A DNA stretch of 50,640 nucleotides, filler included, from Dirinaria sp. TL-2023a (Eukaryota), in the NCBI GenBank assembly GCA_051941275.1. It is 3 parts of 3 records of this genome, joined end to end, with 100 filler letters (N's around TTAATTAATTAA, not from the genome) between each part and the next. Parts side by side here need not be neighbours in the genome. Positions count along the whole stretch, not along the records: positions 1 to 16,842 come from JAVEBF010000471.1; 2 more parts are not named here. One strand, written 5' to 3'. Shown here one piece after another: positions 1 to 13,233 of this stretch. The number at the start of each line of letters is the position of its first letter. Within the stretch, counting starts at the first letter, position 1. The notes beneath the pieces were generated by a model. It made no database searches and was not told where the DNA came from. It worked only from the letters and a program-made list of their open reading frames with translations. The translations under genes and the position numbers were made by a program.

Positions 1-961
<961 letters not shown>

Positions 962-1197
962 CACGAAGGTTGGTGGTCATGAAGAAGGTATCAGGAAGTA
1001 TGTGGAATGCTAAGCCATATTGAATCAGGTACGAGGAGGGGTACGAGTGCTCGTACGTAGGCCTCGGTATCTGCTAGGCGAGCTCGGCGAGGGGTTTGTT
1101 ATCGATAAGCGAGCCACCTCCAGGATTTTCAGGACTGCATCTATGAGAGCATTCATACCTTCCACCTTTTACCCTCTTCAGCCAAGAGTAGAACCTA

Positions 1198-1794
1198 ATG
1201 ACTTCTGTTACTGATCCTCAGTCAACACAGTCAACGCTGGCAGCTGAAGGCGCGCCGTTCAAATTCCCACGATATCACTCCTCCTACCCACCTTTCTTCA
1301 CGCTCCAGCCAACCCTCCTCACACGCACCGCCCAGCTCAGGAAATGGTCCCTTCTCATCCAATCCTACTGCCGACATAACCGCATCTACCGCCTCTCTCT
1401 CATCGACGCCGTCAACTCGCCTTTGTTCCACAATGCACAGATCGGCAAACGTTTAAGCCTGATGGATGCGCGGACAGTACTAGATTGGATGACGAGTGAA
1501 GAGGGAGAGAAGAGAGCGGAATGGATCGGGAGGAAAGAGGATAAAGTGGCAGCGTGGGTGTGGTGGCGGAGACCGGAGGAGTGGGCGGAGGTCTTCGCGG
1601 CATGGGTGGAGGAAACGGGCCAGAAGGGGACGGTGCTGACGCTGTACGAGATTGTGAATGGGTTGCCAAGTGAGGATCAAGAGTTCCATGCAATGGATCG
1701 GGAGGTGCTGCAGCGATCACTGGGAATTTTGGTCAAACGTGGAAAGGCGCAGGTGTTTGGGAGTGAAGATGAGCAAGGGGTGAAATTCTTCTAA
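1198..1794 (+). CDS. VPS25: ESCRT-II subunit Vps25
   Basis: 198 aa ORF with FKFP..SYPPFFTLQP, WWRRPEEWA, VLTLYEI and C-terminal GVKFF. Confidence 0.92.
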   Translation: MTSVTDPQSTQSTLAAEGAPFKFPRYHSSYPPFFTLQPTLLTRTAQLRKWSLLIQSYCRHNRIYRLSLIDAVNSPLFHNAQIGKRLSLMDARTVLDWMTSEEGEKRAEWIGRKEDKVAAWVWWRRPEEWAEVFAAWVEETGQKGTVLTLYEIVNGLPSEDQEFHAMDREVLQRSLGILVKRGKAQVFGSEDEQGVKFF

Positions 1795-1953
1795 GGAGCC
1801 CATTACTGGCCAGCATGGAAAAGGCGTCAGTCACCAGCCACGCACAGCCGTCAACCATTCCAATGTTCGACAAATGCACGATAGACCCCAAAGCCTCTGC
1901 CAGGCGAAGTCAAAGCAGCCAACGGCAAGCACATGAACGGACCTCAAGCCGTG

Positions 1954-4715
1954 CTACCGCTCACGGTCTAGTTCGTAGTCATCGCGCCAACGGATCTCTT
2001 GCCGGATTGCCATATCCAGGACCCAATCGTTTTTGACAATCCGAGGGATTTTGCCCTTCTCCTGAGCCATTTGCCGGAACTTGGGCCAGAACTTGGTATC
2101 TTCGGTCCTATTGCTGCTTACAAGGTACAGGTAGGCAGGCGTACTGAGACTCGAGTCCTCATTGTCTGCGTCAATAGCACCGGCTCGTGCTGCTGCAGCG
2201 ATTGATGTAGGCCGTGCTCGGTACAATTGGCACGTGCCACCATTCGCGGAAATAATTTCCTTGTGAGCGTCGAATCCGCCATGAATGTTTTCGGTGCACC
2301 ATATGGTATATCCTCGTAGCAAGCGGCCTTTGTTCTCTTTGGCTCGTTCGATCGAGCCAGCCAGCTTGTATCCTCGCGAGAGGTCTTCCGCTGTCTCCTT
2401 CAATAAAAACTTCTCTGGATCCAGCTTTTTCTCTGACAAGAGACACTGCTCGATATAATTTGAATTCAACACCATGGGACCATGTGCCAAAGCACACACA
2501 AAATTCTGCGTTCGAGCGATCTTGGGGGCAGCGAGGTGCGTGCAAGATGCTGGCGCCTTGGTAATTGCAATGCCAAGTTCTCTCAAGCGCATCTACGGCA
2601 TATCAGAAATACCCAGTACTGGTCAAAAGTCAGACTTACCGTTTCGTCGCTTTCTTTCTTTGGCTGGTCATTCCATCTGTGGTCCGCAGTGAGCAATAAT
2701 CGCATTGAGGGAGCAGCTATCTTGGATTTCTTGGACTTCTTTGCCACCTTTTCCTCCTCCTCAACTTCGGTAGTTGTCTCATCGTCTTTGGATATTGACC
2801 GTTTTCGAGAGTAGTTGGCAGTCCTCTCTGCAGGGGATGCGCGTCCACCATGCATGACGCCTCCTGCCCGCTTCATCTCTTTCTGAAAGAGCGCGATATC
2901 CGGTGCCATGCTGTGCAACTTAGCTGCAGCCTTCTCCTTAGCTCCTCGACTTCCGGTTGTTGATGGAGTGTCATTCTCTTTTTCCTCATTTGCGAAACGC
3001 GAAGGTACTGGTGTACGAAGCTCGTCACTACGCTTTGGCCTCCCTCGGCCTGCCTTTGGAGTAGGGCCATCAGACGAATGATCTCGGAACGGAATCAGGT
3101 CTGGGACTCCCGCAGGGCTTTGTTGATGTACGGCACTGCTCTTGGGGAGCTTGGGAGGAAACATGTTTCGGTCGTTGACCTTCAAAGGCTTAACGCCATC
3201 TTCCACATTGGCCGTCTGAACACGATCAGAGCCTTCCGGAAAGAAATGCCGCTCCACAGCTTGTCTGTCAACCGGAGTTTGGCCCACGATCTCTCCTAAG
3301 TTCGTCCTTGAAGGAAAGTGGCTATATCTAGGATTGGCGAGCGTTTGTATTTGCCATTTGGAGTAGCTCTCTTCAAGCCATAAATGATTGACGATATTGA
3401 TGTTCCATTCCTTCGCGGCGTCACATTTCTCACTGATCAAGTGAGCCGTAATGAGATGCGTGTTATCCTCTTTCATAGTCTTAGTAAACTCTCCACCGGC
3501 CGCTATTGCGAGATTCTCTAGATAGACCCTGGCTTCACCATTGTAATTTGAAAGACTAATTCTAAAATCTTTAAAGCCCGGTAACCCGTTCTTCGAGATC
3601 GGATAATGCAACAAACGGTTCATTGGCGACGTCCACTTATTCGTAGTTAGCAGATGGTATAGCCATGATAGGTTCCCAACGTCGCGACCAGCTCTAGATG
3701 CGATGCGGTAATCGACCGATTCTCGGTACTGGCAGATGAAAATGTCTGCTTTGTGAACACTAGCTGTGACATGACCCCCTCCGTCTGCGATCAGGTCTTC
3801 GATGGTCCCTCGAAGCCGACTGCCGATCCCAAGGTCAGGGGACAGCATCACGCGTTTATTCTTGAACACGGCCAGTTGGCGACGACTTGTGCTAGGCGAG
3901 CTCATAGGCGTGGGCAAGCGGTCAGGTCGTGCCGAGGAAGCGCCCTCCATATCCCTCCTTACTGCTTCGGGTATTCGATCTTCAGGTTTCTTGGAGAGAA
4001 TCTCGGGATTGGGTAGACAGTAAGGAGTCTCGTCGATGCGCTTCCCGAGCTTGAGACAGTCATCAAACCTACGCAAGGTTAGTGTCATCGGTTTTGTCTG
4101 CGCGCTATCTTACCAGTGTGGTAGCACGATCTTGCAAGTCAATCGACGTGACGCCACCATCTGGCACTTATCGGCTTCTAAGGTCAAAGCAACAATATGC
4201 GTCACCATCCTCGAGACCGAGCTCGTAAACAACCCTCCCATGGCAAGCACACCGCCTATGATGGCGTCTTTGTCGCCATCTGGAAGGTCTGCGCAACACA
4301 CGACAACTCCGGAAAAGAACAATCTAGGATCCGGGCTATACTGTCTCGGGTTGGCCAGGCGTCCTTTGGTGACGCATGCGGTGATCCATTCAGGCTTTGC
4401 AACAGGTATCATGGCATTCTTTGCCTTCTCATAATCTGGAAAGTCAGACGTGGTCGAGATAATATGGGTAACTCCATCCAGCGTCTTCGCCTTCTGATCC
4501 GTAGAGCATCGTGAAACTTCTTCCGCGCCTTGTTCAGTAAGAATTCGAGAAAGCTTCATGTCTTCAGCCAAAACTCCATGATAAAATGTGGAATGCCATA
4601 CCTTGCTAGCGTTATCCTCCACTAAATCGTCGCTTGTAAAAATATGAAATTTGACTTGTCCAAAGAGCAGAGGCTTTGACTCAGTGTCCGGTCTAGGATC
4701 TGTAGTGTCATTCAT
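1954..4715 (-). CDS. RTT107: Multi-BRCT DNA-damage scaffold, Brc1/Rtt107 family
   Basis: Repeated BRCT signatures (VTHII...PEWI; VTHIVA...VLPHW; THLITA...VNHLWLEES; CTHLAAP..ARTQNFVCAL; NDWVLD). GT-AG introns near 4601 (in-frame), 4112 and 2639. Confidence 0.85.
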
Positions 4716-5222
4716 GGCGAGGATGTGGCTTGTCACTGACTTGATATAATCAATGATCATCCGGAAAGTAATGCAGGATAGTCATGCAGGACAAAGAGCG
4801 AGAGCAAAGGGAAAGATTGTGCTAAGAGATGGGAAAGAGCAGCTCTGACTACCTTATGTTCACAAAATACTCGATATTGCCCTGACGCGACGCGTTTAGC
4901 CGAACCCTCTGGGCACGTGACGCCAAGACTGCATACTGCAACATTCGACCGAGGCGACATTCCAAAGTTCCAGATAACACCAGCTTTGTGCATGTACCAA
5001 GCAATCGTATTGGCGTTAGGATCAGACAGACCTATACACAACATCCATCGGACGCCTTCAATGATGTAAGATAACTAAGTAAACGGCTAGGATCTATTGT
5101 CTCGTTCAAGCTCTGTTTGATATGATTCTTGCCAATCATTGACATTCTTTCTCACTATTCGAAGGATGAACGGCTTTTGAGGCAGCTTCTCCACTGTGAT
5201 CAGTCAATTTCCCCAAACCAAT

Positions 5223-6744
5223 ATGTCTTCTCAATTTTTCCGCATCAAAGAGCATGTACTTCCTTGCCAGTATATTCGAGAATATCCAGGTGCAACATTG
5301 GATAATCAAGAAGAAATGCTGCAGCTACATATCAAGCAATACGTGCCTTGTGATGAGGAAAGCATTGGCGTTAATGCTATCACCATCATCGCAGCTCACG
5401 CCAATGGCTTCCCCAAAGTGTATCACCCTGGAGCGGATAGCATAGTGTAGCACTATTCTGACGGGTCTAGGAGCTCTATGAACCATTGTGGGACGAGCTA
5501 TATCAGAGGTCTCATGGCAACGACTTTTCTATCCGAAGTATCTGGATCGCCGATGTTGCAAATCAAGGCATGAGCTATGTACTCAACGAAGATAAGACTG
5601 GCAATGACCGTACGTGGTTGATCTCAGTTGGAATTGTGCAGCACTGATTTAAAGTATCTCTGGTCAGCATCTTGGATGGATCATTCAAGAGATCTTTTAC
5701 ACATGATTAACCATTTCCGTAATGAGATGCCTCGCCCCTTAATAGGTGTGGGACATAGTTTCGGCGGTGCTCAATTGTGAGTCTTCATTGTCCGGCCACA
5801 GCCTCAAAAAGCTTTGTCTCTCCTGTATTGATACATCCGGTAGAGTCAACCTCTCATTGATTCATCCCCGCCTCTTGATGGCTCTCGCTCTACTTGACCC
5901 GGTCATGCAGCTTCACCCCAACCCCCCAGTGGCTCCGGGCCGCGAGGCAATCACACGTCTGTCGACCTTTCGGCGAGACATTTGGGAGTCGCGATCGGCG
6001 GCCATAGCATCTTTTAGCAAAAGCCCCTTTTACTCTTCATGGGACCCTCGTGTTTTTAGTGTTTGGATCCAGTACGGCCTTCGCGACCTGCCTACAGCAA
6101 TACAGCCCTCGCCTGAGGAAGCTTTTCACAAGAATTCTTCTGAGCCGCAGCACTCGTTGGCTGCTGCAGACAGGCCAGTGACCCTCACGACCCCCAGACA
6201 TCAGGAAGTCTTCACATATCTACGCCCAAACTTCAACCGTCCGGATTCCGGGACTGGTGAATCAGGTGCTTCTGTCGCTACGCATCCAGATCTGGACACT
6301 ACACTGCCCAGCGAGCTCATTTATCCTTTCTACCGCCCAGAAACAGCCTCCACACTCCGAAACTTACCGTATGTTCGCCCCGGTGTGTTTTACATTTTTG
6401 GTGAAACTTCAGAAGTGTCGCGTCCTGAGTACGTTAAAGAGAAGCTGGAAACTACCGGTATTGGCGCAGGCGGTAGCGGAGGTGCAAAGGCTGGGCGGGT
6501 GAAGGGCGTGACTCTTTCAGGTGTAGGGCACCTGGTGTCAATGGTAGCGCCTTGCCTTTGCGCAGAGAAAATCGCTGAGTGGCTCGGGAAGGAGGTAAAT
6601 CGGTGGGCGAAGGAAGAGGCGAAATGGAAAAAGGAGTGGGAAGCGAGGCCGAGGATAGAGAGACAGACTGTAAGTGAAGAGTGGAAGAGAATGGTCGGGG
6701 GCGATCTGAGGCAGAAGAAGGAGAAGAAGAGTGAGAAGCTCTAA
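5223..6744 (+). CDS. Alpha/beta hydrolase (Lpx1/MpaH-like fungal family), 4 exons
   Basis: HANGFPK|ELYEPLW, DVANQG, nucleophile elbow GVGHSFGG, late GHL histidine. Introns about 5418-5470, 5610-5667 and 5777-5843. Confidence 0.85.
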
Positions 6745-9207
6745 ACCTTTGAAAGGCGTTGGTCGAGCACGCTGTTCCAAAAAATCAGTTACACGCAGTA
6801 TCAGCGCTTCGACATACACCAAAGTGTTTATTGTGCCTAGCTCTATCAGCAGCAAGCACTAGTTGCAGGAACGCAACCAGAGCTAATGGCTCCAGTCACA
6901 GATCCGTGCTTCTAGCCCTTTACGCTAGTATCCGACGCAATGCCACTGCCATCGGCATAGGAGACTGGTCCATTAATCTTCACCCACTTATAACTCTTAT
7001 TGGTGATGTTTGAGGCTTCATTGGCCTGCGGGTGCCAAGGACCATGGAAGCTCTGACCGAGCAAACCCATATAAACTCTAAATTAGCCCTAGGATCTCAT
7101 ATAACTTCAAGTACTCAGCAAGGAAATAGCGATCCGCAAGAACACCAGCGGTCGAAAGACCAAGTCCGCAAAATCTCATCCTCACACAACTGAATCCAAA
7201 GTGCCATTATTGTCGCTCTCCCTACAAACGATGTGGGCGTAGAACCCCTCACGCCCACAGAGCAGAAAGCGAAGCCATCGCCTAACCCAGGCGCGGCAGC
7301 GATCAAGGGCTCATGAACTAATTGCGTTCGTCGCGAGAATCATCTTTCAATTCTGTTGTTCTAGGGTACTATTTCGAATCACTGACTGAGCCTGACTTAT
7401 ACAGCCGACGAGCACAAGTACCATACCACAAATGAAGTGGCTATCGATGGTACTTATTAGGCACAGGACTGGCTATTGTAGTAGTAACGGACGTGAATGG
7501 GCCCTCTATCTGGCAGAGGGGAGCTAGTGGTCTAGGAGCTGCGTCAGAGAATGCTCGGTGTTTTCACTGGGAGTGAGGAGTCGAATTTCTTATTTTACGC
7601 AGCGCGGTTAATAGGAATCGAGATCTTGACTTCAGATAAGATTACATGAAGCTCATGGACTTATTCGTCGCCGATTGAAAGCTGCGGAGGGGATCGAAAT
7701 ATTCGGAGTTGAATCTGAATCGGTTCACGACCTGGTGTGAGAGACTGAGGATCAGAGGATACCTTACGGCGGCAGCAGCCCAAGAAGTAAGATGCAGAAT
7801 CCTTCCGCGCCATAGCCTCGTCCCAAAGTGAAATATTTGCTGCTCTGGAGATTGAAACCGTGTTAAGATTGCTATCCTCTTACCTGAACCATACACCAAA
7901 TCGTTGTAAAGGCCGATATTTTTCAGTAAGAAAGAGAGAAGGGGGAAAAATGAACAAAGAATCGAGACTTTTTCGAAAATGCCAGACTTCCTCAGCCTCC
8001 CCCCGCAACAAGCGAAATTCGACGACGCTTTCATCCTATCAACCTTAGCTTTGCAATATCTACGAGTTTTTCTAGGGCGACATCTTCGCTACGTTTTTCC
8101 TACCTCAATGCATGGTGCATAGCGATAAAGATCTCACGCTCATTCTATTTCTGTCACTGTTGATAGGGTTCGCTATGTACCTTGCATTTTTATTGGAGGT
8201 TTTTTTGTTAAGAGGACCTACTTGACGGTACTGGGCGTCATCAACTCAGAAGACAAGGTGGAATGCGATGCTGAAAGTGAAGTGAGTACAAGTCAACGAT
8301 AAGTGAGTGCAATTGCGTTGCAGATTCAGCGTATCTGAAAGTCAATCTTGTGTTGGAACTCAATTAAATCGAATCTCACTGTCAAGATCGACACGCGTTG
8401 TCTCTTGTCTTTCTGAGGGACATACTCGTGGATTTCTTTTCAGTGAACTTGTAGATGACGTTGAACGTGGCTCTGACAACTTGATTCTTCAGACTCTTGA
8501 CCCTCCGATTCTGAGCTCGATGAGTCTCTGTAGACATCGATGCTAGCGAATAACGTAGTCTCGACGAAAGGAGCTGTCTAACTCACGGAGGTCACTACTT
8601 CTGAAGTCGGTTTTAATAGGAATTTGAAGTTAAATCCGTACGTTGTCATGGGCTGCTCCTTGCGCTCCGTCTGCTTTTTCAGAAACGAGCGAAGTTGTCA
8701 ACTGGTGGGAAAAATCTTTGGGTTGAATAATCGACCGGAGAACGGGTCTGATCGAGCTGAAATGATGTACAGGACGTTGGATCATGACATGGACTTGGTG
8801 CTCATGTAGCCAGCAAAAGCGAATAGAGGTTCTTCCACGAAAGAATAGACCACCGATTCGGCGTTCTCGTAGTAGAGTTGCTGATGCAATAAAGCTCTCG
8901 CAACCATTCTGATACAGCTGGACTTCAATGCCGCTTTGCCTCCTCTTTTCCTCCTCATTAGAGATTCTTTTACCTTTCTTATCCAATACTCTTACTGCCT
9001 CTGGGCTACTGAAGAACTCTTTCACCCTAAGATAGCAATCCTTTGCGGACCCTGAATGACTCTGTAAGTGCTATGTCCAAGGAACGTTAACGATGTCAAC
9101 TCCGCTATTTCAATGGACTCGGCGCATCCCCTACCCAGTGTGCTGAAAAGCCTTATCGGCCTGGGAGGGAAGGTTGCTCAGCTTGATAATCAGCCACTGC
9201 ACATCGA

Positions 9208-10904
9208 CTATAGCTTGTTCAGTAATTCTCTGACGCGCGCACCGAGCTCGTCGATATGAACGTCTTCTTTGACTTCTAATCGTCTGCACTGAACCTCACA
9301 AGTACGCATCTTGGCCCACTTTCTTCCCATGATGACAATGATAGGGTAGCCAATAAGATCGGCGTCGTTGAGTTTCCACCCAAACTCTTTGTCTCGATCG
9401 TCGATCGCCACATCGACAAGGGGCTCAAGGCGTGATCGACCATTCAAAGCTTCGGAAACTAATGGGGTTTCAAGCATATGCCGCTTGCCAGGTACAATAG
9501 CAACCTCGAAAGGTGCCATTCTTCTAGGCCAATTGAGTCCTTTGCGGTCGGCGTAAATTGCTGCCACTGCCGCAATCATGCGAGAGATGCCAATGCCGTG
9601 GCAGCCCATTTGCAGAGGAATCTTCTGCACCTGGGCTGATATTGTACTGGAACTTTCTGATGGTTGGGGGGCTATAGCTAGGCCCAAAGGCTTGCTATAG
9701 CGGGTACTCAAATGGAAGGTATGACCCAATTCGATCGCTTTCGCGGCTTTCATGGACGTGTCTGAGCATTTGGGACACCTGGAGTGCTCTTTGGCAGAAT
9801 CCAATTCCTCGTTAATGGCATATCCACATTTGCGGCAGCAGATGACGGTATCTTCGCCATGCTCGCTCAGAGCATGATACTCATGACTTAGGTCACCGCC
9901 AATGCTCCCCGAATCCGCAGCCGCGACTACATACGGAATCTTGAGGTCATCAAAGAATAGATTGTAAGCTTGACGTACAGTGTCGTAGGTTGCAAGTGCG
10001 GCCTCGTTCGTCATATCGAACGTGTAGAGGTCTTTCATTAGGAATTCGCGACCACGTAAGAGTCCCTGCCGTGGGCGTAACTCATCTCGGTATTTGCGAG
10101 CTAGTAAGGTCAAAGTCTGATCCATGATTTGAAGAAAGCCACGAACATATTTGGTAAAGCTTCAGTGGTAAGTCTTTGTATGAAGCGACGAGGCCACCGA
10201 CAAGTGACGTAACTTCTTCTTCATGAGTGGGTGATAGTAGAAATTTTGCGCCTTTCCTATCTTCCAGGTGGAAAAGCTACAGATTGATAAAAGTCAAAAG
10301 TTGGAATTTGATTTCGTAAAGAGAGCACTACCTCCTGGGTACCTTTCTCCAGTCTCCCAGTCTTTTCCCACAATCTCTCTGAAGACAGAGTCGACAGTGA
10401 TATCTTTGATGCACCTATCACCATAAGCTGGCTTGAATGGACAGATGCAGAGAAAGTACGCCTTACCAATTTGGCGCATATGCTTATCAATCAGTGCTTC
10501 TAGTTTCGCTTGTACCCTCAGACCTAACGGTAAAAGATGGAAAATACCAGAATGTGTCTTTCAGTATAAGCTTTAAATCTGCGATGAAAAGGTAAAAGAC
10601 ACAAACCTGGCGTAGAAAGCCCGCTCTGACTAACAGAGAATGCGTATTTTCTAGCCGGCTTTCAGTAACATACGAAGGCAGCACAGCCTAGATCCCATAC
10701 CCTCACCATCCGGCACGATACCGCCTGTAGGTGTCCAGAATTTTGATAAATGGTATGGGCCATCGTACTATAACGCGTCAATGCCGAACCATCATGAAAT
10801 ATGGGTGTTATCTTTACAACTACATGGTGATATCGCTTTTGGCCGGTAATAGAGACACAGCATTTCCTCGAATGCAGATGGAGTACATGAACCCGAGGTG
10901 GCAT
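9208..10904 (-). CDS. AIM10: Prolyl-tRNA synthetase, probably mitochondrial, multi-exon
   Basis: [77 protein letters not shown] anticodon domain. Arg/His-rich N-terminus inferred from ATG 10904; start uncertain. Confidence 0.88.
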
Positions 10905-11355
10905 ATACTTGCGTGATAGTCCAGACCTCATTTCATGTCTCACGTTGCAACAAATGCTCAACAAAACCACAGTTTAGCCATTGATTGACGGCATGGACCA
11001 GGATGCGGTAGGTAAAGTCGCGTTAGAATTTCGAATCAGGAAAAACGCGCCAAGATATAACCGGCAGATCTTCGGCACAGCAAAAAGCCGTTGCCGTGGC
11101 TCCCAAAATCAATACTAGCATGAGAAAATGTCATTATGAAAAAATGACTTTGAATTGGAAGGTGTATAGATTTACACATTGGAGTAGTGGCCTTCCATCT
11201 GCGAACACACAACATCTAGACTGCCTTCGACGACCTTGGCGTCACAGGTACCTCGGGACTGTGTGGAATAGTAGCATCACTACAACCTCGGCACCAGTTG
11301 GCTTTACCACAAATCGTACATTCCACGGGCTCACAGCGCTGAGGCGCTCGTCGCC

Positions 11356-12111
11356 ATGCGCGAAGCCACAAGGATCATTTTGCTCATCTTGCTCGCCCGT
11401 ATCTCGGTCGCAAATGACTATGCCCCATTCATAGCTCCCTACAGCCAAGGCGTAACTTACAATGGCTTCGCACTCAACCTCTTCCGACGAGACGGCAACT
11501 GCGGATCCGGCGTCTCGTGTGCGACGATGGGCGACAAGGCTTCGTGCTGCAAATCGAAATCGCATTGCGCTGTCGATCAGGCAGGGCAGGTCGCTTGCTG
11601 TCCGCAGAATGCACAATGCACAGGGACGATAGGAGACGGGGCAGCGGTCGCCACAAGGACGACAACGGCAGGGCCTGCACAAGTCACCGATAACGGAGGC
11701 AAACGAATTGTCTCAAATCAATACTACGCGTTTCCCTACTTACCGACCAACTTCCCCAACGCAGCAGTATGCACCTCGTCATACTCCAGCTGTAAATCCG
11801 AATTCGCTAAATGCACCTACACTCTTGAAAGTGGCGACAGTGGGGTCACAGTCTCTGGCGCCGGCGTGGGGATCACCAGGCAAGCAGCAATACCGGACAT
11901 AACAGCGGCCTCAATATGTTCCAGTCTGAGCACAGTGGCTTGCCATAACTTGCAATTGGCCAATTGTGCAACATACGGGACAGGTGCTGCTACTGCTGCA
12001 GGAACATTCGAGGTCTCTGGGGGGGTTATGCCGACTGGATGTCCCAGGTTGTATGGAGTTGGAGTGGGAGTCGGCGTTGCGCTTGGTGTCGCAGGACGGA
12101 TAGTTGCGTGA
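11356..12111 (+). CDS. Secreted Cys-rich protein with hydrophobic C-terminus, probably GPI-anchored
   Basis: Signal peptide MREATRIILLILLARISVA, RR site, Cys cluster C..C..CC..C..ACCP..C, second Cys cluster, C-terminal GVGVGVGVALGVAG. Confidence 0.8.
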   Translation: MREATRIILLILLARISVANDYAPFIAPYSQGVTYNGFALNLFRRDGNCGSGVSCATMGDKASCCKSKSHCAVDQAGQVACCPQNAQCTGTIGDGAAVATRTTTAGPAQVTDNGGKRIVSNQYYAFPYLPTNFPNAAVCTSSYSSCKSEFAKCTYTLESGDSGVTVSGAGVGITRQAAIPDITAASICSSLSTVACHNLQLANCATYGTGAATAAGTFEVSGGVMPTGCPRLYGVGVGVGVALGVAGRIVA

Positions 12112-13233
12112 GGACTTATGATGGGACGTGTAGAAGATCATCTTCTGGGTATCAGGGCAGGAATTGAACAAGGATCTTGAGGGTTCGCAAGTAGCTGACG
12201 GTAGCTTTTTCATTCGTGGGAGTTTGACAGACCATGATGGCTCTTAGGTCTCTGTTGCCGGCCTGCCTTTTTGGACTGAGAGGTAGGGAGAGGGAAGGAG
12301 ATGTTAGCACATCGATGTAAGCTAAGAGTCGTTCGTCGACCGTGTATTGACTGATAAATTGCCTGATATTTGACGAGAGGAGTGTGGGATGGGATTGTCG
12401 AATTGCGATGTTAATGGGCAATAATTGCCTTTCAAGGGTGGAGGGATAATGATGACTTGGCGACGCAACCCCCGCATTCAATCGATAAGGAAACAGTGGC
12501 TTGAGCGGGTCCGAGCGTCGCCGATATACAGCACATACAAATGGCACACAGAAGGACGATGTGTTTCCAGTATTACTCTGTACTTGCAGTAGGTAGTAGT
12601 GGCAGATCCAATGGGATCGATAGGTCGTCAGTCAAAGAATCGCTCCTAAGGGGTAGAGACAGTGATGGACGTTCTTGGCTTTATGACTTCCGTTGCTTGG
12701 GGCGACCACTGGTGGGACGATCTTCGCCAAGAGCTCCCTTGTAAATAATTCGCCTTACGGATTGAAAGTGAAAATCAATCAAAAGCGCAATTTGGGAACC
12801 TGAACTATGGCGCACGTTGCCAATTGAATCAGCGTCATCATCCAAGCAATAGGTTGTGCGGCAAGGCCTGGATCCCGAAAGTGCTGGGCGTTGAGTGGTT
12901 TGAGTGGTAGCGGTGGCTGGACGAAAAAAAGGTGGTGGGGGATCCAGAGAACTGAACCTACACTAAGCTTGCATTCCACACTTCTCTCTCCTCCGCTTCA
13001 TTCCCTCAATCCGCTCATTCACCCAAACCTTACGTTCGACCATTGTAACTGACTGCTGGCGCAATTGCGTTGGGAGTGCACTCCTGCTTAGGTCTTCCAG
13101 CGGAAACGGGCGGGTTGGGCCATCTCCGTCCAGCGGTGAGAAGACGACTGGCCAAGCCAGAGAGCTCTTCTCTACCAGATAGGTACTTTACTTGGATCGG
13201 CGCATTCTTCAGACTCCCCCACATTCCTCGACC

